From Squalus acanthias (lineage: Eukaryota): DNA of 64,000 nt. How positions within the stretch are numbered: the first letter of the stretch is position 1; each line of letters opens with the position of its first letter. The translations under genes were made by a program, and so were the position numbers. This document shows positions 49,786 to 62,861 of the stretch, piece by piece. The notes beneath the pieces were generated by a model. The model saw only the letters and a list, made by a program, of their open reading frames with translations, ran no database searches and was not told the DNA's origin. The DNA is taken from contig CM059432.1 of NCBI GenBank assembly GCA_030390025.1, forward strand, positions 74,092,001 through 74,156,000, in the 5' to 3' direction.

Positions 49786-50199
49786 TTTGTGTGTTAGCTC
49801 TTTATGTTTGAATGCAGATTTGTTACCCCATTTAGCTAAAATGCTTCTCAAGATTTTAACTACATTTTGAGACTTCCAGTTACGAGATAGTTGGCTTTTT
49901 GGGTGGGCATATTTATAAGGAGCAGTATGTCTTCTCAATTTTAAACTCTCAATTTTAGATTTTCACAAAATACTGGTCTTGTCCTATCTCTGGGTTCCCT
50001 TTTTTTTAATAAAAGCAGGCTTGGAACTATTATTATTCACACAGTCCAATCTATACCTGAACACTGACTTGTTTTGTTAACATTATCTGATTCCTTTTGA
50101 TAGGTAAGCTGGAAACTATACCTTCACTAACTTGTGCTCAAAAATAGTATTTTAAGGCTTATGAAATGAGTCTTTTGGACAGGGAAATGTATAGAAAAC

Positions 50200-50870
50200 A
50201 ATTGGTGTTAACAGAAATATTAGACAAGCCAAAATGAATCTAGAGAGGGTAGTAGAACATAGCCAAAATACAAATTTTCTTCTGTTAGTCAGATGTCAAT
50301 TAGAGAACAGTAATGACCAACGCAGGGTAACTCGTGCAAAATTATAGATGACGACGAGGCCATGGGAGTTGAGTTGAACAAATACTTTGTATCTGTTTTT
50401 AACTGAGGGTTGGATCTTCCCTTTTTATAGCAGATAAAACGAAAACTCATGGGTTGCTTACACATCTCAAGTGAAATGGTACAAGCTAAATTAAAGGGGC
50501 TCAAGATGGATAAAACACGAGGGCCAGATTTAATTTATCCTGGTTGACAGAAGGAAATGGATACAACAACAACTTTTATTTATATAGCGCCTTTAACATA
50601 GTAAAACGTCCCAAGGCGATGCACAGGAGTATTGTAAGACAAAAAAAATAGTTGTTAGTGATGTCCTAGTAAATGTTTTCAGTAGTTTAGAGAACGGGGG
50701 GAATTTCACATGATTGGAGGAAGGCGCTTACGGCGCCCATGTTTAAAAAAGGATTGAAATTACAACTTGGTAACTGGTCCAGTGAGTGGTGGGGAGTATA
50801 ATGGAGAGCCTCATTAGGGATGCTATTAATGATCACATAGAACAGTCTAGCTTGATAGAGGACAATCAAC
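50200..50870 (+). mobile_element. Old CR1 fragment with L2 tail inserted at ~50563-50645
   Basis: 'gagttgaacaaatactttgtatctgttttt' and 'gattggaggaaggcgcttacggcgcccatgtttaaaaaagg'. Insert 'acaacaacaacttttatttatatagcgcctttaac'. Confidence 0.7.
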
Positions 50871-53800
50871 AAAGGAGAGTGAAGGGTTGAATGTTGGGAA
50901 GTTTTATTTTTCTAAGTATAATTAACCTATGGTAGTGAGGATTGACATCTTGCAGTCTTCAAGGAGGTGATAAAACATTTTTATAAAACTAGAAGATCAC
51001 AACAGAAAGATAAATTTTGGATAACCAATAGTTTGGGGCCTTTTGGACCATGCCTGATTGTCTTGGAACACGTTTCCTGAATTGGCTGACTTTTTTAACA
51101 TCTCTTGGTTTTTGGCGAGGGGGGTGGGGTGGGGGGAAGAAAGTGTAGGCACATTGGGTATGAATCCAGTAAGAGATCTGATGAGCCTTTTCTCGCCCTG
51201 ACTATATAACATACCCAATTGACGAAAGGATGTACGATCCTATCAGTATGAACGGAGAGGGGAAGGACCTAACATTCAATGACAGGAAATAAGTTTCAAC
51301 TAAAATTCTAGGTTACGATCATAAGTTAACATGTAAATGGATACATGTTATGGACTTATTTATATGTTCACATATCTAACTGTTCTTGCCTGCAAAAAAT
51401 ATTTTCCCAACTTTTGTAGAGAATTTTGCAACAGGGAAGTTCAGTCAAGTAGAAATTCATATATTTTACTCTAGTTTTTGCGTGGACTCTTCATATTTGA
51501 GGATTATTTGCAATTCAATTGTAATGGATTGTTGCATATAAATCAGTTACTCAATTTATTTGAGTTTAAAAATTCTCACCTGTTGACTTCCAAACTCACT
51601 TGGGTCAATGTGTGAAACAGGAAGTTTATCAGGCTAGCACATGTCTGATGTGAATCTCCTGCCGATTTTCTGCAGAATGGAAGCTGCATACGTCAAACTG
51701 GTAATTTAATATTGCCCTGTGCTTGACCTGAATCTGGGAGGCTCTGTATAAATCCTGGGAACATGTTCAGTTCGGGTTATTCTTCCCACAAACAGAATGT
51801 AATCTTTCGAAGGCCTGTGTTAGAAATTGAATGCAGGATAGAACAGACACTGCACCATCCAGTGATCTTGTAATCTAGTCAGAATCTGGCTTCTAATGCC
51901 TATATATAAATGCAAGTTCTTACTTTCTTTACACGTTATCGTCAGTCAGTTGTGGGCATTACACAAAGCTTTTGTCGTAGCCTGGTTTAATAATTTTACC
52001 TGAATTGTGTTATGGCAATTGAAATGTATTTGGTGTTAAACTTGAGCTTGAAACTTGTAAAATGCTCACAAACAGACTAAAAAGGAAAACAGTTGATTGC
52101 ATGATCAATTTTTTAAATTGACAGCTGTTGTGATCTATTCAGTAACTTCTGAATGTTTCCATAGTTTTATGTAAGGGGTACTGATGCTTTCTCTCTCCTG
52201 TCTGTCTACTATTTTAATGCTCGCAAAGTAGGTCTCAATTGCTTTTATTGGAAAGAAGATTCCAGTACGTTATCAAAAAGCATTTTTTAAGGTGGGCGGG
52301 TGTGTTTGTGTATTGTGTAATTGAACAAAGGTTGTATTTTTTTTACAACTTAAACTTTTTATACTGTGAAGTAACTGTTGGGTTCAAGTCAAAAGTAGAA
52401 ATTGGGCAAGGATTTAGGTTTCCATGAGAGCCCTTGTCTGTAGAGTTGCTGAATAGGTTTCCTTATGATGGAAACTGAGGCCTATGATAGTATGAGTAAT
52501 AGGAGGAGGGGTTGGGGGTGTTGAAGAGAATGCAGCTGTACAAATTCCAGAAGCAGGCCAGCGCATTTAGCATACAAGTGTAATTTCTAGTCTAAGCAGC
52601 ATCCTTGTATCCAATTTAGTTTTGAGGTAGATTATATATAATTAATGTTTTTGATTAATTGCAGTATAGCATTGTCAGAAAGAGGCAGCCATGCATACGT
52701 ACAACAGCCAGAGCCCTCTAGCTTACTGTTGTGACCTTTGCCCTTTTGTATCCTGTGACACTCGGCCTGTCTTTGTACTGCAGTTTATTCATGATGGATA
52801 AGTTGCCCCCAATCACATAAGCTGTGCCACGAAAGGAACAGATAAATTATTTTCGGCTGAAGTCGGTGCTTGGAGAGGGGAAAAAAAGGGAATGTGGTAG
52901 TGAGTGTAAGGAAAGTCTGTTTGAGCGGGGGCCTATGGTATTATGGGGACAATCGGCAATCTAATAAACAACCCATTCAAAGAGATGTGCTGGTTCAAGC
53001 CTCTTGAAACCTTTTTAGTACAAAACAATGAAGGAAATGACTGGATTTGTTAATCAGTGACTGCACGAACTAGGAAGAAAAATGAGTGTTAATAGTAATC
53101 AGTTGCGGCTATATTTTTTTCTGTGCCTCAGCATGTAGCCATTGGGTCCCACCCCTTGGTCCTCCAGTAATTTAGTCTCTGCTTTATAATCAAATGTAAT
53201 TGCCTGGAGATCACTTGATGCAGAGCTGTCACTAGGATTTTGGTAGTGAAATTACCTCCCCTTTCACCCTTTCCTCTCTCCACTTTCTTTGTATTAGACT
53301 GAAATAGTAAAATAATATGTTGTGATTAGTATAAAAAATAGCTAAAATGAGACTGTTTGCGTTTAGTTGTTTCCTTTCCACCCTTTCAGATGGGAGGCCT
53401 TGTGGAAATGTGTATATTTTCTAGATTTGTACATTTTTCTGTGTGAAAACATTCCTTCCCTCCAGTGCAAGTGATTAAGGATCATTGCACTTTAATAAAA
53501 AAAAATAGGTCAGTAGGGGCAGATGGCTCTGAAGCTGCTTTGCTTCATGCTGTGTAATTGTACTTGTGAATGTCATAGCTGACCAGGATGCTCTGAAATG
53601 GTGTTGAGCAATGTACAGTGTCAAATTGAGAGATGATGATGATGCTCTTTGTTCAAACTAGTGGTAAAGTAGTTATGGTTGACAAATACCCTGTTTTCCT
53701 ATTCTTGTTAAGAAAGGGAAAAGATAACTGTGGGTGGGTTGGGTGGAGAGAAAACACTTAGCTCTGTTGCTCAAGAAATGACGTCCATTTCAGGTTCATT

Positions 53801-55034
53801 GAAGTGGAGCTACAAGTACTAACTTGGTCCTGATGAGATTTAGAATTTAGCTGTAAAACAAAAATAAATGGTGTAATTAGATCGCAATGTTCTTCAATTT
53901 TCTCTCCTTGTATTGTACTGTGGGGACAGTTGTGGTAGTTCTGACTTTATGGAGGTTAGGGTGCACTAGTAAATGGTCATCCTGCTGTTTAGCTTTGTCT
54001 GAATGGTAAAGAAGTAGTGAAAGAGTAATCTGCCAGAGACTCCAGCTGGAATACGCTTGCACTTAGTCACAAATGGAGCTTGTTACATCACTGGTAATCT
54101 GTTTGCCTCAGGGTGAGTGATGAACCCTGTGGCTGTGCTTCCTTTGTCAGGATCATTTCGAAAATGTGGCCTGGAATCTGTAAATCCATTGTAGTGACTA
54201 CTTATTCATTTCTGGCATCTGGATGGAAAGGCAAAAATGCTGATATTTGTACACTTGTTAGACAGTAACTTTAAAGCTATATCAAATATTATACAACTCT
54301 GAAATGTTTACATTTGAAATGTCAATTGAACCTAACTGCAGTGTTAGCAGCAGTTGAGTTTGGACAACTGCGTGTCCAATTATAAATAATCTAAGGATAT
54401 ACTTGGATCAAGACTTTTGTACGATTAGCATAAAGGTTAGAATTTTATTTTCAAGTGTGGGATATGCCTGCTATGATACTTAAATTATTTAAGGCACACT
54501 AGTTCTATAAACAATTTTCTATAGATAACATAGTCCTGTAGACTGTAGTTGAATTTTGTTTATCATTTATAATTCTGCTTGCATATCTGATTATGTTGCT
54601 CATAGGGATGATGGGGTTAAGGATGCAATGGAAGAGGTTGGAGCATATTCTAGGCTTTACAGTAGCAGATGGAGTGCTCTGCTGTATTCATACAGCTGCC
54701 TGCCTGGTGTGGTGGCAGCTGCTGTGGCTGCAGTTTGTTCTTTTGTTCTTTTGCAACCAAGAATGTTGAACTGAGGAGTGTAATCAAGAATGAATTAATG
54801 GGTCAGGTTAGTTATATTGTGTAGGATACTCTTGGTACAAACTGTAAGCAAAAGAATATGTGTTACTGAATTTTACAGTTAACTTTTTTAACTTCCTAGA
54901 AAGCTTAGCACGTCTTTGTGCAGGTCCATATAGAGGGAAGTGACATCTTAATGTGGCCTTATTGATTGTCTTTGTGTATGTCACATTCATTCCATTTGTC
55001 CCCAATTTTATTTTTATTTTCATTTTCTTCCTAG

Positions 55035-55221
55035 GACTTCTATCCAGACTTTGCCTGACACTGAATTGTCCAAAAGAATTAAGGAAATGTGGAGTGACAT
55101 GCAGGAGATTAGTCATAGGATTTAAGGCTTTGAGAACATACACCTCGAAGGGAAGCGGGTGAGGTGAAACACAGAATAGTTCACTTTTTGTGCCACTAGG
55201 GGAGCTGTGAGCACAAGGAAG
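55035..55221 (+). other. CHD7: CHD7 exon 2, 5' UTR portion
   Basis: Long pyrimidine tract ending ttcttcctAG at 55033-55034, 187 nt before the ATG. This is similar to the human exon 2 layout. Confidence 0.8.
55087..55125 (+). CDS. Upstream ORF in CHD7 leader (MWSDMQEISHRI*)
   Basis: ATG 55087 to TAA 55125, with a second in-frame ATG at 55099. It ends 96 nt before the main ATG. Translation is not demonstrated. Confidence 0.45.
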   Translation: MWSDMQEISHRI

Positions 55222-56871
55222 ATGGCAGATCCTGGTATGCTGAGTTTGTTTGGTGATGATGGGAACATTTTCAGTGAAGGGCTTGAAGGTCTTGGCGAAT
55301 GTGGTTTTTCAGAGAATCCAGTGAATGCTCTTGCGCAACAACTACCCATGGATCAAGGATTTGGCTCCATGCAGTCTCCCCTCCATCATCCCCCACCCAC
55401 TCAGACTCAAACTAAGCTGACTCATTATGATCATTTTGGTCCGTTTGAACAGCAGAAAATGCATCTGGTAGATCAGCCTAACCGAATGATTGGTAATACT
55501 CCTGGGAATGGCATGGCATCGCCTCACTCGCAGTACCACAATCCCTCAGTTCCACCAGTCCCTCACAGTGGTGCTCAGATGGGAGTATACCCTACTATGC
55601 AGAATGAAAGGTGTGGGCAGCAGTTTGTGGAAAGCAGCTCCATGTGGGGACCACGTGCTGTCCAGGTGCCAGAACAGACCCGACCTGCCTTCCAGCAACA
55701 GCAGCAACCACAGCCACCTCCTCAGGGGCAAGGGCATGCTCAGCATATGCAACAGATGGGGAATTACCTGACGCGTAGTGATTATTCATTGCAACAGCAC
55801 AACCAGCCTCAGCAACAGAGGGTGAACCAATTCACTCAGGGTCAAGAGGCCCTCAGTCAGGGAAATCCTTTCATGGGAACTTCAGGACCAGGCCACTTAT
55901 CTCATATGCCCCAGCAAACCCCCAACATGGGCCCTTCCTTACGTCACGCTCCAACTCAGCAGTACCATCCCCATCCCCCTCCCCCCAATTCTCTCCATGG
56001 AGACTCCATTGCTCACAGCCCTAGATTCTCCCCTAATCCTTCTCAGCAAGTGAGTAGTAGGCAACAAAACTTAAACTTCACTTCACGTAGCCAGGCAGTA
56101 CCTTCACAATCTGTAAGTAGCTCAGGGCAGTATTCACAATATCCTTATAGTAACATTAATCAGGGATTAGTTAACAGTAATACAGGGATCAATCAAAACC
56201 TAGGCCTTAATAATAACCCATCTGTGAACCAGTCAATACCCCGCTATCCAAATACTGTGGGATTCCCAGCTGGCACTAGCCAAGGACTAATGCACCAGCA
56301 GCCTATACATCCAGGTGGTCCACTTAACCAAATTAATGCACAAACTATGCACCCCACACAGTCTCAGGGAACTTATGCTTCTCCACCTCCAATGTCACCT
56401 ATGAAAGCTATGAGTAACCCAGCAGGCACCCCTCCACCACAGGTTAGGCCTGGCAGTGCTGGAATGCAACTCGAGGTTGGAAGCTATTCAAACATGCCCC
56501 TGCCTCAACAGCCACATCAGTCCCCGGGTACCATGGGACTTGGACAGAGGAGCATGGGTCCTAGAAGCATGCAGACACAACAATACATGAGCCCTTCTGT
56601 GCCAAGGGATATTGGCAGCCTTCCAAGACCAGTCGGCGCACTGGGTCCCAGTGGAAATCATGCAGATCAGGTGATGCAGGAACGCCTAATGTCTGGCCAG
56701 CAGCACCCAAACCAGCCTTTTCAGCCTCAATTGCCAACTTGTCCACCTGTGAAACAGCATCCAACAGTGCATCATCAAACTTCTCCTACACCTCATCAGC
56801 ATCAGCCATGGGTACAGTCACAACATTCATCACCTAAGGCCACATCGCAACAAGTGCCTGCCCAACATCAG
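55222..56871 (+). CDS. CHD7: Chromodomain helicase DNA-binding protein 7, first coding exon (550 codons, Q/P-rich N-terminus); gene continues beyond the window
   Basis: [28 protein letters not shown]...QTKLTHYDH...[10 protein letters not shown]...[28 protein letters not shown] matches the CHD7 N-terminus. Strong Kozak aagATGG. Phase-0 donor CAG|GTGAGT at 56871/56872. Confidence 0.97.
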
Positions 56872-57379
56872 GTGAGTGATGTATCTGAATTATGGCAGAG
56901 TTTAATTGCAGTTTGAATATGCAAAATGTGCTCCATTGCTGCATGTTAATGGCTGTTAAAGTATAGTTAACAAAATATGCGTCGTGAGTTGTTTAGCATG
57001 AAAATGATTGTGAATTAAATAATGCAATTTTCAACTCTCATGTTGCTTGAGATTTTATTTTTTAAACAACATGTACACGTAGCTCGGCATTAATGTTTTA
57101 GGAATGCTTGAAGAAAATATACAAGTTAATGTGTGGTTGAAATGGAGAACACTATTTCAGTATGCAAATCTCAGGGTAGATTATTTTTACACATTTGCTA
57201 TTCTGGATTAAATGCTCCAATTATAGGACAGGTGAGGACGCAATAACTGCTTGAAACAGTGTTCAACTATGCTGTTGATCTGTGGTTATATTTATGCCAT
57301 CAATATTGCTTGTCGTTTTTGTGCGATGAAGTAAAGTGAACTTTTTCATGTTCAAAATTGAAGCAATCTTCATAGTTGC

Positions 57380-58905
57380 TGCTGCTTTTTGTGACTTGCC
57401 CTTGACTCCTCTTCTCCACTCTGCAAATTCCAGCTTTCTCTCCTGCCCTCCATCGAGCTGAACCCTCACCCATCCCATCCTGCAGTTTCTCACCATCTCT
57501 GCAGGAAACCTATCATTTGCTCCCTCAATTCCCTTCCTGCCCCAGTTCCTGACTACACTTCATCTCCTCAGCCTCATGCTTGCTGATGCCAACCAATCTT
57601 TCTTCAGCACTGTGCTTATTTCCTTAAAACTTTTATCTCCCCTCAAGAAATCTACCCCATCTCCAACCTTCCCTTTCTTTCTAAACTCTTGAGTGCATTG
57701 TTGCCTCATGACAGTGGTCCCATGACTACTTGTTTGAGGCTCTTCGGTCTGGCTTCTGTGTCGCCCACATTACTAAGACTACTGGTCAAAATCACAAATG
57801 ACATTCTATGTGCATATGGCTCTGTCTTTCCTCATCCTCTTTGACTTGCCTTATCCCTTCAACAACATTGGCCATTCCATCTCTGTCTCTTCTGCAATCT
57901 ACTGCAACTCCTCATTCAGCTCATACCTGGTGCAGTGCAGGAATTATGTTGCTTCTGAAGGTATCTCTTTGGGTCCATCCTTGATCCCTTCCTCCTTTAC
58001 CGTCTACATAGTATTTGTTGGTGATATCATGGAGTCAGGTTGTACACGTATGCTTTCAGTACCTGACTCTCTCTCACTCCTGTTAATCCAAAAATTATTG
58101 CCATGCTCTCCAATGGTCTGTCTGCCAAAATCTCCTCCAGCTTAATGTTGGTAAAAACATTATCCTTTTCAGCATCCACGTGCTTCTGACTTTGACTCCT
58201 ATAAATCTCCCAGCTGCCACCTCGGGCTGAGTAGGGAGATGCGGAATCTCGGTGTGCTGCTTGACCCTGAGCTGACCTTCCTCTGCTATATCCACTCCAT
58301 TACCAAGGTGCTTTCTTCCAACTTGGCAACATTACCTGCCTCAGCTCCTACCACTATACTGCCATCAGGAAAACTTTAGTTCACTCCTTTATTGCCTTCA
58401 AACAATGGCTTCTGGAAAGCTGTTCTAGCCGGCCCTACCACCTCAACCCGCAACATTACAACTCATCGAAAAAGTCTTGCGCTTCTGTCACCCCTATCCT
58501 CTCCAAACTCCGCTAGCTTCCCAGACCCCATTGAGTTGATTTCAGAATTCTCATCCTCGCTTTCAAATCATTCTGTGGCCGAGCCTCGCACTACTTTAGT
58601 GATTTATTCTTGCCTTCTCTGAATTAACACCAGATTACTCCTTGTGCTCTGCTCTTTCCACTTTACCATTTGTCATCTTATTCAGCCACTAGGCTCCTCT
58701 CCTCTGAAACTTTCTGTCCAATTCCTTCTGCTTGCCATCTCCCTCCCTGCTTTCATAAATATTATCAAAATTCTCCCATTTGGCCTCCCACCCTTACACT
58801 CTCTAGTTTTCCATTTTGCTCAGTGTCCACTGTTTTCCTCCTTAATGTAAAGTGGTTTGATATATCTTTCCATACGTGAAGATTACTGTAGAAATGCCAG
58901 TTGGA
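57380..58905 (+). mobile_element. Old L2 LINE fragment in CHD7 intron 2
   Basis: Colinear, diverged similarity to 6200-7815 ('ccccatctccaaccttccctttc', 'cagcttaatgttggtaaaac', 'ttgaccctgagctgaccttc'). Confidence 0.8.
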
Positions 58906-59666
58906 GGTAACACAATTTTGATTAGTAGGGCCTAAACAGATTCTCTATTTCCCGTGAAATGAATTTTCATCATATCCTGCCCCAATATCTTTAAAAAAAA
59001 TTCAGACAGGTAGGTAGTGTCTCTTGAAAAAAAAAGCTAATTTTCAGTTCCCTGTACACCAAAGTATTCTCAGATTCTTGTAAGAGTTGTTGGTTGCCTA
59101 GAGCTTTACTTTTAAAAGGCATTGTTTCCACTGAAGAGCTGTTGAATAAGCTTTAAAAAGTTGCATGTATGTACCTTGAATAACTTGAGTCACTGATCAT
59201 CTTGATACAAAAACCCCCCAAAGTTTTAAAAAAGCATTAGCACCACCTGCAAAAACCACATTGCACAAATGCAACCTGTTGCAGTGAATATTTTCCTGAC
59301 AGCCAATATGCTAGCTCCAAAGTTCAGAGTATGGTTTGCTTAGCTGTTTTAAGAATTGAACTTGGCTAAAAATGCCCTGAAAGGACAAAATGTCTCCGCA
59401 CAACTGCCACTTACAATCTAAAACTCCACTGAATGTGCTAAGTATCCAGTTGTGGTAGACAGTACCTTGAGTATTTGTTTCACCAAACTGTATAGCCAGC
59501 ATTGAATTACTTCTGCATGCTCTTAACTGCACAATTCTTAACTGGTTTTATGCACTGTTTCTCTTGCCTCAAATAATTAGTCATCACTTCCAGATACCAC
59601 TGACATTTTTTTGAAATCGGGAGCAATAATGCACATTTTTTGTGGTTTCGTACTGCTTATTACACA

Positions 59667-59962
59667 CCTCCTCCTGAGGTCTCCACCATCACAGAAGCCA
59701 GTCTTCAGCCAATTCGATTCACTCCATGTGATGTCAAGAAACGGCTGATCGCACTGGATACAGCAAAGGCTATGGGCCCCGACAACATCCCAGCTATCGT
59801 GCTTGGAGGGAACATTAGAGGTGGTGGTGTTCCCAAGCGCCTGCTGCCCTTGTCCTTCTAGGTGGTAGAGGTCGCGGGTTTGGGAGGTGCTGCCGAAGAA
59901 GCCTTGGCGAGTTGCTCCAGTGCATCTTGTAGATGGTACACACTGCAGCCACGGTACGCCAG
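59667..59962. mobile_element. Rearranged LINE fragment (35-37.5 kb family): internal piece on +, 3' piece inverted
   Basis: 59667-59803 matches 35874-36010. 59803-59962 matches the reverse complement of ~37160-37320. Confidence 0.85.
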
Positions 59963-60764
59963 TAAATGAATTTTAGATTGTACCAAAAGTCTCATTGTCC
60001 CAGCATTCGATTTGGAAAACTAATTATATAAAATGATTACATTATATAAAATTATGGTAATGTTTTATACATATTTGGTTAAATGTTTTCACACATGATT
60101 GTTGTGCTGTGTAGATTGTTGTGCTGTATATCATTTCTGTAGTCTAATTTACCATTCCACTTAAATGCCATTGGACTCATCCATTAGCTTTATCACATTG
60201 TCATCTATTTGAATGTTTTCTCTTATTGTATTTGCCCCATACTAATGGCAAACACACCATTTTTTTAAAAAGCCTTTCAAATATATTAACATCTGCTTTG
60301 CAAATCTGCGATTTGAACCTTGCATAGTAGCTTTGGTGGCAAAGCAATAAAACTTCAATATCACCTGATCCCTTTCCATATTGGGTAAGTCTTGCCAGTG
60401 TTTTGCCAAGCTTCTGAGGAGCAAAGCTGGCAAGACTAGTTTGATCTCAAACATCCTAGGTGTTTGCCATTGTGGTTTGTTGATGTGTAGTTTGTTTTTG
60501 TACCATGCTTTCGGCTAGAAATATGGGATGAAGCATGGGGATGGAAGGGGTTGGGATATTCAGAGAGGAATATTGGGATTTGTTTAGTTAAACGAAAACT
60601 AGTTTGTTAGAATTTCTATTATTTCCTTTTCCCCCCCAAATCTAAAGGGAAAGGGATTATAATTTTAAGACAGACATGATTGCGATTAAACACAAATAAT
60701 TCCAAATTTGGAATAATTTTTAAAGAAACAAACTATTGGATTTATATAATGCGTTATCCTGCCT

Positions 60765-62020
60765 CGAGGTGTCTCAATACTTTAAAGTACAATTACTGTT
60801 GCTGTGTAGGCAAACATGCCAGCCATATTCTGCACAGCAAGACCTTGAGAGACTGGGAACTGTTGGTAATGAGAGGGACCTGGCTGTCCTTGTACACGAA
60901 TCGCAAAAGTTAACATGCAGGTACAGCAAGCAATTAGGAAAGCAAATGGTATGTTATCCTTTATTACAAAGGGATTAGTATAAGAGTAAAGAAGTCTTAC
61001 ACTTGGAGTACTATGTAAAGTTTTTGTCTCCTTACCTAAGGAAGGATATACTCGCCTTACAGGGAATACAATGTAGGTTTACTAGACTGATTCCTGGGAT
61101 GAGGGAATTGTCGTATGAGAAGAGATTGAGTAGACTAGGCCTACATTCTCGAGTTTAGAAGAATGAGAGGTGATCTCATTGAAACATAAAATTCTTGAGT
61201 GGCTCAACAGGATAGATGATGTGAGGATGTATCCCCTGGCTGGCGAGTCTAGAACTAAAGAAAGAAAGACTTGCATTTATATAGTGCCTTTCACAGCATC
61301 AAGACATCTCAAAGCGCTTTACAGCCAATGAAGTACTTTTGAAGTGTAGTCACTGTTGTAATGTAGGAAATGCTGCAGCTAATTTGCACACGACGAGTTC
61401 CCACAAACCGCAATGTGATCATGACCAGATAATCTGTTTTAGTGATGGTTGAAGGATAAATATTGGCCAGGACACAGTCACAGAATAAGGGATCAGCCAT
61501 TTAGGACTGAGATGAGAAATTTCTTCACTCAGGGTTGTGAATCTTTGGAATTCTCTGAGCATCCACAGCTCTCTGGGGCAGTCATTGAGTATATTCAAGA
61601 CAGAGATCAATAGATTTTTGGATACTAAGGGAAACAAGAGATACGGGGATAGTACAGGAAGGTGGAGTTGAGGTAAAAGATCAACCATGATCTTATTGAG
61701 CAGGCTCGAAGGACCAAATAGCCTATTCCTGCTCCTATTTTGTATGTTCTTGTAATTAAAGCAGCGAAGAGAGGAATGACCAGTTCATATATTAGTATTG
61801 GTTGAGGGAATTGGTCAGGACACTGGAAGAACACTCTGCTCATCTTTGAATAATGTCATGGGATCTTTAGCAGCCACCTGAGCAGGCAGACGGAGCCTCG
61901 TTTTAATGTCTCATCCAGAGAAGCACTCCTTCGGTATTGCACTGAAGTGCTCATTTAGATTACAATGTCCCAGCCTGAAGCTTGAACTCATGACCAGTGG
62001 TGAGCATGTTATCAACTGAT
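60765..62020. mobile_element. Nested cluster: old DeuSINE (-) split by CR1 (+, 60845-61750), itself split by a younger DeuSINE tail (-, 61258-61477)
   Basis: CR1 reads continuously across the insert (tctagaact...gtcacagaataaggg). Deu-domain pieces at 60765-60843 and 61765-62020. Confidence 0.8.
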
Positions 62021-62254
62021 CTAAGCTGCAGATTTTTTTAAATATACTTTTCGTGTCCGATACAAAATGAATGGAGTAGAATTAGCATAGGGTGAACCAG
62101 AAAGGGCCCAGGGAGTAATAGTGGAATTGTCAGTGTCTAAACAATGTAATGAAGTGAATTTTGAAAAGAAATTGCTGGGATATGCCTGCTGAGGCAGCAC
62201 AATGTACTGATTAACCATAACTTGAGTAAAGTTCTAGTTAGCACATTGGTGATA

Positions 62255-62600
62255 TACAAGCATTGGGGAGGGTGCAGAGAAAAGTAATAGAAATGATTCC
62301 AAGTATAAGCGTCTAACCTTTGAGGAAAGATTCGAAAAGCTCAACCTCTACAGCCCAGAGAGAAGACGGTTAAGGGGATAACTTGAAGTGTATAAAATAT
62401 TGAATAATTTGTTAAGATAAATTCTGAATATTACTTTAAAATCTGTTGGGATAGTAGGACTAGAGGTCGTAACTTAAAAACTTGTGAAAAATAAATTTAG
62501 ATGTAATAGTTATAACAGCAGGAACTTCTAATGGTGATCAAGGTCTAGCATCATCTTCCAGGCAGGGAAGGTGGACATGCACATTTGGGGATTTCAGAAC
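62255..62600 (+). mobile_element. Old CR1 3' fragment
   Basis: 'ttggggagggtgcagagaaaag' and 'gagaagacggttaaggggataac'. Confidence 0.6.
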
Positions 62601-62861
62601 TCAATTGAATGCTAGGTTGAGTTAGTTTCAGCGAGCCAACTGGTCTTTTCTTGTAATGAAGTAATGAAGTGGTCTGGTTCCAGGTGTGTTTTAGCCTTCT
62701 GCACTTGTCAAACAAAAAGGTTGTAATTGAAGCAGAGGTTTTTCGTGAAAGTCTCAGTCAAAGTGTTTGTGTCGTACTGCCAAGAGTAACTTTCCATTCA
62801 CCATTCAACAAAATCTGTTAATTTTAATATATTCTGCTGTGTAAAGAAATTTCCTTTTGTG

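Noticed and set aside
51118..51136. G-quadruplex
   Set aside because: Only three separated G-runs, so a canonical four-tract structure is not supported.
55207..56916. ORF-track 569-aa protein taken as a complete gene
   Set aside because: The GTG start is upstream of the conserved MADPG ATG at 55222, and the last 14 residues are read-through past the CAG|GTGAGT donor into intron 2.
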